From the IMG/VR virus record IMGVR_UViG_3300045733_000484: 34,122 nt of DNA. One strand, given 5' to 3'. This document shows, one piece after another, positions 1 to 12,000 of the stretch. The stretch comes from an uncultured virus (IMG/VR IMGVR_UViG_3300045733_000484). Lineage: Duplodnaviria > Heunggongvirae > Uroviricota > Caudoviricetes. The notes under the pieces were generated by a model. It saw nothing but the letters and a program-made list of their open reading frames with translations, was not told the DNA's origin and did not search any database. Position 1 is the stretch's first letter; each line of letters begins with the position of its first letter. Made by a program: the position numbers and the translations under genes.

Positions 1-15
1 TCATATTCTCAGGAG

Positions 16-3000
16 ATGAGAGACAGGATGAACGAGAGTGCTCTTAGAGATCCGGAGAAATATAATTCTGATATCGTAAAAGCTCATATGAGGCATATTC
101 GTTATGACAGGTTCGATTCAAAAGGTAATATAATTGCCAATGATGGTCCTACTGAATATGTTGATTATAATATCTTAAAGACTCAACTTATTGAAGCTAT
201 CTCAAGTGCAAGGGTAATAAATGGACGTACGAATGTAAAGAGTATGTTCTCCGAGATGAAACGTCAGGCAAACAGGTTAAAAGCTGACTATGGCACTGAC
301 AACAGAACACGAAATTCTATTCTTAGTTTCCTTGAGACTTTTGGAAGAGAATATAACCCATCCATGGATGAGTTTAAACAGGTTGCACGTAGAGCAGCAG
401 ATCTTCCTGGTACTTCGAAAGGATATAAGTTAAGTCATTATATGATGGCATATCATTCTGGTGCTATCAAACAGATCATATCTGAGATGGATATTCCGGA
501 TAAGGCAGAGAGAATTGCAGCAATAGATATTAAGTCTCGTATATCCAATGATCTTATAAATGCAGTTATCTCAGACATGAACTTAAGAAAAATGAACTAT
601 ATAACTATCAATCTTGAGTTCGGTCCTGATGGTATGCAGTTTAACAGGAGTATGTTTAATGAGTCCAGTGAGTCTACCATGAAACGTCATTTCAAAGGAC
701 TCATGGAGATGAAATTCGTATCTGATGATAATGTATACAGTCAGGATTCTCTTAAGAGAGTTAATGGTACATGGGATGAAGATAGTAGTTCTGTATATGA
801 TGTTTCAATCGATGGTGTCAAGAAGAATGCCCGGGGAAAGGTACTTGTATGGAACAATGGTAAGTATGACTGGTTTGCAAAAGATAATGATGGAAAGATA
901 AAAGATGCTCAGGCCATGCTTAACTTCTTCGGTGTTAAGGCAAGGATGGGTACTGTAAGGGATATCTTTCTAAACCCTGAGATAAAAGATCAGTTTAAGA
1001 TAGGAGGAGATGAACTTGCTAACTACTTAGGTCATATGATGGCCAGTGTATATGCTCATCCTCAGTTCATGGATCCTGGTACTATAGCTGCAGGAAATTT
1101 TAAGACACGTCTTGATGCTTTCATGGAAAAAAATAGTCTTGACATTAATAAAGAAGATCCGAGTGAAGCATCATTCATCACTGATTTCTTTCCTCTTATT
1201 GATATGGTATCTTCTATCCAGGGATATATCGAAGGAAAGACTTCTCCAAACTTTATATCTACTGTAAAAGGTGAGAGTCGTTCAAATGTTAAACTTGCAT
1301 CTTCTCTTGATGATAAGTTTTCTAATGTATCTAATGGTAATGCTTCGGACAAGATCAAAGATGAGACTATCAATAAGTTCAATGAGAATAAAGGTGTTAT
1401 TGTAATGAACAATGCTCCATTCATGCTTAAGAAGAATGGAAAGTATGGTTATACTGACAGTCTGTTAAATAAAGACAGTGGTATGAGTATCGTTGCAGTT
1501 CAGAATATCAATGGTATAAAATATTTTCTGAAAGGTACTGAACCTGATGAGTTTGTTGAATCTGACTATCTTAATGTCATGATGACAAACTTCATGTATG
1601 GAGTAAATCTTGGCCGGCAGGATCAGTTACTTAATTTTATGCCAGATGCTCTGGGAGACAGTGGTGTACTTCCCTCTTTTACAGTATCCTTTGGAACAAA
1701 ACATAATAAACTACTTACTCTTTCTACAAATGAATCCGGAGAAAAGTCTGCTTCAGTAAATGAGGATATGATAAATAACCATGTAGGTCTGATGTTCGAT
1801 TATCATCATAAGGCCAGGCTTATTGCTTTAAACAAATTCTATAAGTTATATTCTGGAAAAAATGCTATCAAGTTGGTTTCTCAGATAGATCAGAATGTTG
1901 CTTTAGAAGATCAGGAATCCAATCTTAAACTATTGCAGGCAGAGTTATTTCATAATCTTAATGGTGACAAACGTAACAACAAAGCAAATATTAATTATTT
2001 CCGTGAAGAGTTATATAAGGCCGGGTTAATTGAGAACAGAGACTTTCTTATCAAAAAAGGAAAGATTGTCAGAGGTAATGTCTTTGATGAAGAGTATGAG
2101 TTCAATGAAGCAAACTATGTAGAGTTTAATCGTCTCCAGGGATCAGAGAAGACTCAGTTCCGTGATGAGATCTTTCGTCATCGTCTTCATATGATGGCAA
2201 ATATGTTTAACCAGAATCCAAACTATGAACCGGACTCTCGTATAGGAGATATAAAAGATCGTATGTATACCAGGGAAAAGTTTACTAAGCTTGACAAAAA
2301 AGGTAAGGAAACAAAAGGGTGGAAATATGACTGGCATCCGATATATAAATCGCTCTTCTATGGTCATATGATAGTAAATAACACTATCTCGAACCATACA
2401 ATAGGAAATGAGTTACAATTCCCGTCTATTACTAAGAAACAAAAAATAAATAAAGCTTTCAACTCTTCCGGAAAAAAACCTATCATCGGAGGTAGTTATA
2501 ATCTTCCTCTTGAATCGAATATTGTAAGGATAACTGATGTAAAAGGATCCTCTCCATTTCTTACTAATCTCTTTGGTGATAATGTAACCAATGAAGAGTT
2601 TGATGGTCATGAGATAGTAAATCCTATCTATGCTCTACAACTTGCTCATAGTCTTGGTGGATCAGTAACAAGTTCCATGTATTCCGATACGAACATAAAG
2701 ATATTCCATAACTCCGTAGATCCTCTTACTCATGTGGCAGATCAGAACAAGATGTCACAGTTTGTTATGAATGAAGACTGGCTTGCAGATACCCCTGGGG
2801 CCATGGATCTGTTTAAGTTTGTTCTTACCGGTGGAAAAGGTACACAGGAGAATGGTATAAACCTCTATGATAAGTTTCGCGATATACAACAGAGTGGTAT
2901 AGGTCCGGAAGAGACCGGACAACCATTATCATTCATGGATACTCTACATAAACTTCATGACTTCATAAAAGAACAGGAAGAGGCTGGAGTAAATCTTCAC

Positions 3001-6000
3001 GACAACTATATCAGTGCTATCAGTTATGAGAGTGTAAATAAGTCTTTCAAAGGTGGAGTAAATAATGTTGCTATCGATGCACTTCCTTCTACTAAAGATC
3101 TGATGATAGATAAACGTGACAATAATGGTATATACTATCAACTTAACCTTAACCATCCAGTAGTTGGTGGCGATGTAGCAAGATCTAACCAGTTCGATTC
3201 TAACCTGGGAGTACTAAAGGATAAGTCTACTGCAGTAACTGTAGATATCATAAACAGTATTCTTGAGAGAAAAAATAATATAAGGATCCAGACTGCTATC
3301 GATAAAGAAGGAGGATTTAAGGAATATCTCAGGAAACTTGGCTCCCAGGGAGTGGAAAATGTTGGTAGAGCAAATATCCTTGGTGACCTGTATAATAATA
3401 AGAAGATTGATATTACCCTTCCTATGCTTTATTACAGCGCTTTTGAGGCATATGTAAGCGAGGTGAACAAAGGTATCGATCCAAGGTCGAAAGGCATTAA
3501 GGCGGTTCAGCAACCTGGTACGTTGGCATTATTTGAGACTACAGATAGTAATGGAAATGTTTTCTATGCTACCCAGAGTGAACTTAAGAATAACAAATGG
3601 AAGACAAAAGATAAAGGGAGTGTCCTTCAGCATTATCGTTTTCTCGATAAGAGTGGAAAAGATGTTTCCCAGGATGTTATCACAAAGTATGATGGTGACT
3701 ACTATAATGATCTTGCAAAGATAAACAAGTCTATACGTCAACTCAGTCAGTTAATGAAACAACCACAGACTGAGAGTGTCAAGTCACAAATAGATAAACT
3801 GATTACCGGTGATGCCATCTTAAGTAAAGATGGTCTCAGAGGTAAGGTAAAGTCATTCTTATCTGATGTTAAGAAGAATATTGCTTTCATGGCTCCTGCA
3901 CAGATAGGAATTGAATTTCTATATCGTAAAGAGTTCGGTATTGGTCATGCAGAGACTCTTAACCAGGTACTATCTATTGATACTAAAGATGGATTTTTTA
4001 ACGTAAAAGCTAATTTGAAGAAAGCTCTTGGTTCAGACTATTATGATAAGACAAAACGTAATCTCGCTATTGAGAAAATGTTTAAGACTATTTATACTGA
4101 TTTTAAACCAGGAGAGATAAGTCATAGAGGAATGACAAATGAACAGGATATTGCTACCTACTATAAGTCATTTCTTGATGCACTGATAGTATATGGCACA
4201 AGGGTTCCTACACCTATGCTTAGTTCAGCTTTCTATGGAGAGATAGAGGTATTCACTCCAAACTCCGGGAATACTGTGTATATACCTACTTCAAAAAACA
4301 TATTTGATAACTCCGACTTCGACATAGATGAACTGAGTCTGTATTTCAAGGATGTTCAGATGATGGGAGGTGTTCCTACAATATCTTCCACAACTATTGA
4401 TGCAACAACAACTCCGGATATAAACAAACTTTCTGAGAATACTACAGAAGATATCCTGGCTAATGCAAAACATGATGCTATAATAAAAGCTTTTACCAAT
4501 CCTGATAACATTGATATGTTCACCATTCCTCTGGATATACAGTCTTTCCGGGATATTGTAAGCGAACAACAGGAAAACTCAGAGTTCAAGTATAACAATG
4601 ATATTGCCACATCTGTAAATAATTTCATCAGTGCTCAACTTGGAAAGACCATGACAGGTAGGTTTGCAAATGGTGTTACAGCTATTGGCCGGCTCATGCG
4701 TCTTACTACATATGCTCCGGAACTGGTATCTAAACTTGGACTTAGTGATCAGCTTGTAAAGAATAAGATTCCTGATTGGGACTTTGTAAAAGAACGTACT
4801 ACTCTTGTCATTACTACTATGGCAAAGGTACTTCAGATATCTGTGGACAATGCAAAAGAATTAATACTCGGTTATCTTAATATAAACCAGACTTCCGGGA
4901 ATATTGTCACTGCAATGATCATGAATGGTAACAATGAGGAAGATCTTGCTAAGTTTTTAAGCATACCGGTAGTTGCAGAGACTATAAAAGATACTGCAGA
5001 GACTCTTGCTTCCAATAAAAAGACCAGGGAAATACTCGATATCATTGATGAGAAGATCAGAAGGATAAACGAAAATCTAAGTAGCGATCGGGAATTTGCT
5101 ATTGCAGAAAAGGTGAGAAGATTCAAATATGCTATCGAACAGGAATTCAACCGTAAGGCAAAAGAGATGATGATGAATGTCTCTATAAAAAATGAATATA
5201 CTGATCAATGGGATATGTTCGATCTTAGTGCTTTACGTGGTAGTGTATACTCTTCAGATATTGAGAAGATGCTTACTTCTTATAAAGAGAATACCACCCA
5301 GGATAACCTATCTAAGATTGAAGATAAGATCGCTTCATTATCGGAAAAATTAGCTAATAACGCTGAGATGATCCAGGCACAGGATAAGGAATATCTCCAG
5401 TATAGTAGTGATCAGCTGGAGGCACTTTCTGAGCTCAGGGAACTTCATTTTAAAGGTGAGTTCATATGGAGGATAACACAGGGATTCTCTTTATATCGCG
5501 GTATACAAAACAAAGATGTTCTTCGTCAGGCCACAATAGATAATCTTCAGTTTAGCATGAACATGACTCTTAATCAGTATGCTAATGGCATTAAAGATGG
5601 ATATTCATGGATAGATGAAGGTAGGTTCCTTCTTGGTAAGAATGTTTCTGCAGAGACTATAAATGGTATGGCAGATATCTCCGGTCATGTACAGGCAATA
5701 ACTGAAGCTATAAAAAATGACAAGTTGCTTACTCCAGATAAGATTGAATTCATTACAGGATCCTCTGTAGGTTATGAGTCGGAGTTTGCCAAGGAACTTA
5801 TGAAAAATGGGTTTACAGTAACGAAATATATCTCCAGTGGTAGTAAGGCTCTTCTCGAGAATGGTATGAAGACATTTAAGGTTGATGATCCTAATTATAT
5901 TGTCGATGAAGACTCGAGATCTGAAAGACATCTGAGATCATTAAATTCTAAGAAGGCTAAGGTAACTATCAACCTTGATGCTACTAATCTTCATGATTCA

Positions 6001-9000
6001 GTATATGGAGAACATGTGGAAAACATCTCTGCTAATAAAAGTGAAAAACAGATAGGTGATATCACTGGTAGATTAGATTCTGCTGTACGTTCCAATAAGA
6101 GTGAAACAGAGAAGGTTGTGGTCAATCTTACTGGATCCTCTATCTTCAATGTTAAGACAAAAGGAAAGACGGAATATGAGACATTCATAGAGACTGAGAC
6201 AAACATCAGAAAGTTTGGTGATGTAGCTTCTATCTTTAAGTCTCTTCCAAATATAGACTCTTATGTAAAGGCACTACAGTCTATAGAGGAAGTACAGGAA
6301 GAATTCTATAACAAGTCTCCATTTGCTAAGAAGATGCTTACTGACTATCAGAATATGCAGACGGTAGCCAGGTTATCTGCAAAACAACGTGTAGCCTTCG
6401 ACAGGTCACTTCAGAAGTTCATTATAGACATGTATTTCAATAAGAAGGGAATGACTGCAGATCTTGAAGATCTTTCAATAAGTCCTAAGAAGATCGGTGC
6501 GGTATATGATAAGAATGTTGATTTCTCCAGTTATGAAGACCGGGAATACTTCATTGCAGAGTTTCCTCATGCTATTCTTAACTTACAGGAAGAGATGCAT
6601 GAGAACAAAGAAAGTCCTCTATGGGATAAGGTAAATGACCGTGAGAATGCTTTCATTGGGGCCCTTCGTTTTGGTGGCCAGAAACTAATCTTTGATAGTA
6701 CGTTTCTCGATAATACATCATTTTACAAACAGGAGTTCCAGAAGATTGAGAGAGAGATGCCAAATCTTGCTGAACTTCTTAAACTATACAATCTACTTGC
6801 TCATGGTTTTCAGTTTGAATATGGATCATATCGTTCTATCATTGGTGATACCTTCTATGAAGACATAAGTGGGTTTATGCAGTCAGTAAATACTAATCTT
6901 ACTTCCAACAAAGGAAATAAGATGAAGACTCAGTTTAGTAATTATTTCCTGGATAACTCTGTTATCATGGATCCTGACCTGAGGAATTACTATAGTAAGG
7001 ATACTAACAGGTTACAACTACTAAATGATGAAGGTATCTATCCAAAATATGTAAGTGATACTGATGTTAAGCCACGTCCTGCAGGAACTACTGGAAGAAA
7101 GAATGTAGGATATAAAGTTGTTAAGAAACATATCGGTGATCATTATGAGACGATCTATTCAAATAGTACTGACAAGATGAAGGATATACCTTCTAACAGA
7201 ACTGTTGAATCTGATAAACCTGTTGTTCGTCTTACTGATGTAAAAGACTTTCGTGCACTCAGATCAGACAATAAATATACTGTTGTGTCATTCAGATATC
7301 CTCATACATATACCGATTCTGATGTTTATGTCAATGGTAAAGGTGCAAAACTTCATGTTGAGGATCAGTATAAGGTATCTCTTAGGATATCCGGAGAGAC
7401 ATATAAGACTGAAGAGGTTCGTAAACGTAATGACGAGGCCGAGTCTGTAGAGTTCCTGGTATCGAATATTGCTGATCTTACTGGTAAGAAAATGCTTCTT
7501 ATCCGTTCAGGAAACTATTTCACTGCAGAGAGTGGTACTGATGCACTTCTTTTCAATCCGAGAAATATCCATCCGGAGACGAGTACTATATCAAATCTGT
7601 ATCTTATCAACTCTTCCATACTGGAGAATAATAATAAGAATCTGTATGATCAGGTTGCTGATATTGCTACCAAGTTAAACCAATATGACTCTTATACTAC
7701 ATCCAAGAAGGTTGCAGAACTGTTACGTGATGAAACCGTTATCAAGAATGAGAACGATATCAAGACTATCGATATTGCCAGACGATCTATTATAACATCT
7801 ATCGGAAATGCCATAGGGGTTCCTAATACTAACACAATAACATTCAAGTCTACTCTGAGTGATCTAACCAGTCTATCTACATCCAATGGGCCGGCTTTCA
7901 ATGGTCTTTTGAATAGTACAAAGGCTCAATGGGATTCACGTATGGCAAAGATATCCGATTTGACAGCCAGGGAGATTATAGGAAGACTTAACACTCGGTT
8001 CAGTACCAAGACACGTATAGTCACTGAAGCACAGGCCAGGGTTATCCTGAACAGGCCTACAGGAGATGTTCCTGCAGGGTTCTATAACAATGGTGAAGCT
8101 TTCTATGTATCCGGAAAGATCAGTCAGGATACTCCTATCCATGAGGTATTACATCCATTTGTTGAGAGTATGTTTACTGGAAACAAACTATTGTATGACA
8201 ATATACTAAGTGAGATACTTAAGTCTACATATGGTCAGGACACTAAGAAATGGGTATCTGAGAGATATTCTGATCAAAGCAGTGCAGACCAGGAGAAGGA
8301 ACTTGTCACACAGGTACTTGGTGAACAGGCAGCAAAGATCATTCCTCCGGCCCGTAATAGAGGACTTATAGGTGTTCTCGAGAGATTTTGGAACTGGGTT
8401 ACTGATAACATGAGATCATTGTTTAAAAAAGAGATCATGGCCAGCAAGATAAATCCCAACACTACTCTTGGGGAACTTGCTACTATTCTTTCGAAAGGTG
8501 GAAATGTGATAACTGAGAAATATGGTAATCTATGGGAACAGAGGACTAACATATCTCCAAAGGATCTTGTTGATGATCTTCTTATAACAAAAGAACTTAC
8601 CAATGACGAGGGATTACAAGTTCAATCTCATGCTCAGAAGAAACTTGAAAATCTCAAAGCATACATATATAATGAGATTGCTATGACTCCTGATAAGAGT
8701 TACAAGATCTATACTGCTGATTCCGGTGTACTTGAGTTTGATCTTTCTAAGATCTGGGTGGCCGGTCCGGAAGCTTCTATGGCATATATTGAAAGAGAAA
8801 TTGTTCCTCTTATAGATGATGAGAATTCCACAAAGAAAAAAGCTCTTTATGACTGGTTAAATAGTATCAGCGAAAGAGACAATGGTTTTGGTAAACTCGA
8901 TAAAGAGACTGTTAAGAAGTTCTTTGGTAAGAAAGGATCCTCCAAGAATATGTTCAGTTATGACACATTAAAAGGATTCAAAAAACTTATTCGTCATTCT

Positions 9001-12000
9001 TCTGCAGCTGTGATAATGCCATATAGTCAACTCAGTTCATATTTTGAAGGTACTAACCTTAAAGGTATAACTGATAATGACCTTATGGATAGTGATCCAA
9101 TGGTAATCATTCATAATCAATTGAGAAATTCACAAGGCGATATAGAGAGTATCGATATCTCTATCCTGGATCTTAGTTTTAACAATTCTGATTTCTTTGG
9201 TAATGCTGGGAAAGGTCTTTTTGAGAACTATATCACTGATGATGTAGCCAAGAAGATGAACATATCTTCTATTAATACCATGTATGAAGTTAAGAAGCTA
9301 CAGATGGGATTCATGGCCCTTAAGATGCGTGAAGTAGGTGGTAAGAAAGTTAATATAAGGTCTGTAGGTGTTGCAAACATTGGAAGGGATATGTTCACTC
9401 CAAAGATGGCAGATATCACCAGGTTAATGAATATGATCAGACAGGTTAAGAACATTCCGGATTTTGTAGGAAATCTTAATCCGAAACTTCAAAGTCTTGC
9501 TCTTAATGAAAAGATTCAGAATCCACGGGATTATCTTCCGGATTATATGGAGATGCTTCGTATGTCGTTATATGATCAATTAGCTACTCAGACAGAGAAT
9601 AATAACAAGAATGCTATTGGTACTCTGAACACTAACATAGATTCTCTTAACGACTATCTTAATGGTACTGGTACTGATGAAGAGCTTAAGAAAGTTCTCG
9701 AACATCGCCGGTGGCTTATGGAGAATGTCTTTGAGATAAATACTAAAGACAAACGTGATAATAGTGAGGAGTACTGGCTTGTCTCAGAGATTCTTGGTAA
9801 TCTGAAAGGATATAAAAGAAATCCTCTTACTTCCATGCCAGATATGAGTAATGCCAGCGCATGGACAGAATGGTTAAGCAGTATACATGATATGAAGAAT
9901 ACTTCTCTCCAGGATATATATGCAGTTATCATGAGATCTTCTGATGAGGTATCCGGAGTATTTGATAATGAGTTTCAGAAGCCTCATAAGAATCTTGTGA
10001 ATAAACTTGATCATAATCCTGTTCTCGAGAAACTTGGTAACGTAGGAGAAAAACGTTTCCAGAGACTGTTTAAGAAACAACAGATAATAGGTACTGATGG
10101 GAAGATGCATGAGATTAATATGTTCGAGATACATACTGAACGTAATGCTGAGAACGCTTCACTAAATCTTACTGATGATGAACTCAACTATGCCAATTTC
10201 GTTGCAGATCTTGTAGAAAAATATACTAAAGAGATGTACCGTCATGATGCACAGATGAATGGTAAGTTCTTCTCTTATGACGAAAAAGATAACCGGGTAA
10301 TAGATACTAAGGGTCTTGATCAGTATGTAGAGGATCAGTATAATAAGTTCTGGAAAAGAGGTATGCTTCCTATTATGCCAAAATATGCTACTGAACAGAT
10401 CTTTGAAGGAAATATAGGTAGAGGTATTAAACGTTGGTGGGACCGTCTTCGTAATCCTCAGGAACTTCTTCCGGAGATGCTCGAACTTGCTCGAGATAAT
10501 GCAAGTCAGGATATTGTAAGGAGTCACTTCAGTAATCAGTATATGGGAGTAAGTACTCTCGGTTATGGATCTACCAAGAGACTTGAGAAACTTGGACTGG
10601 ATAACTCTTCCGGAAATCTTATTGTTCCTATATCGACAAATAATAATGGTTCATTAAAAAATACTGACCTGTCTGAGAATATTGAAGAGATAATGAGATT
10701 CTTCGTCATGGATGCCCTTTGGAAGCCACAGATGGATACAAAGGTAATGCCGGAGTATCAAGGTGCTCTATCCAGGTTAAATGGCATAGAACAGCTCTAC
10801 AACCTTAAACAGACAGCAAACGTCCGTCACCTTACCGAGAGGATGGAACGTATTGTCCTTGGTAAAAACCAATGGGAACATGAATCGAAAGAATGGAAGA
10901 ATCTTTCTACCGGTCTTAACCTGGTGTATAAGATGACTACTTTCAATGGTGTAGCACTCAGTATTCCTGTAGCTATCACTTCCGGAGTAGGAAACCTTAC
11001 TGAGGTTAATCTCCTTGCCCTGGCAAATGAGTTTGGTAATCCATACAATACTTTTGGTGTTAAACATCTTCAGCAAGCCAAGTTAGAGGTTATGATGCAT
11101 GCTAATAAGGTTGGAGCTATTGCCAGACAGTATCAGATCATGGATATGGGACGTTTCGATCTACTAAATAACCAGAGATGGAAAGAGAGTACAAACCATG
11201 TATGGGATGCCAGGACCTTCCATTATCTTAACTGGCTTACAGACTATAGTGTCAGAGAGATTGTCATGGTTGCTCAGATGATGCATGACGGTACATATGA
11301 CGCTCATAGTGTAAGTAAAGAAGGTGTTGTCTCATACGATGCTAAAAAAGACACAAGGTTATTTAATCGTGACGGTTCAGTAAATGAGACTACAAACAAG
11401 AATGGGGCTCTTCATAAATGGATTGCAAGGAATCTTTCCAATGACCGTAGGATCACTCAGGATCCTGAGTCTCTTCCTGTACTCGGATATGATCTGGATG
11501 ATCAGAGAAAGTTCAAATGGATAGCAAACAAGTTTGTTACAGGTACATATGATCATGAGAGTACTGGTAAGTTCGATGCATTTATTCTCGGAAAACTCGC
11601 TGCACAGTTTAAGAAATATCTTATCGATAAGTCCCAGGTACGTCTTGGTACTATGAAGACTGTCTCGGAAGGTGGGTATAAACAGATTGTTGTTGACGAG
11701 AATGGTAAAGAACGGGAAGTATGGATAGAACTGGAGACACAAGGAGCATATATCACTGTAGCATCATGGATGTCTGACGAGATCATACAACCTCTTATGA
11801 AAAGAGATTTTAAAGATCTTCAGAAATTCAAAAAGCTTACAGAGCTTCAGAAACATAATTTTGCCAGGACAACTTTCGATGCAGCAATATTCGTAGGTAT
11901 CTATGCACTCTTTACCGGTTTGGCAAAGATGGCTCCTCCTGATCAGGAAAAACCTATGTATCTATCATTGATGGATATGAGACTTATAACAGCCTTTAAG

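Noticed and set aside
11..18. AGGAG before ATG 16 as a Shine-Dalgarno site
   Set aside because: There is no spacer, the frame is open upstream, and other genes here lack SD sites.
1062..11786. Many short antisense or alternate-frame ORFs inside the giant gene (and similar ones elsewhere)
   Set aside because: They are shadows of a long, codon-biased coding frame and have no motifs or initiation context.
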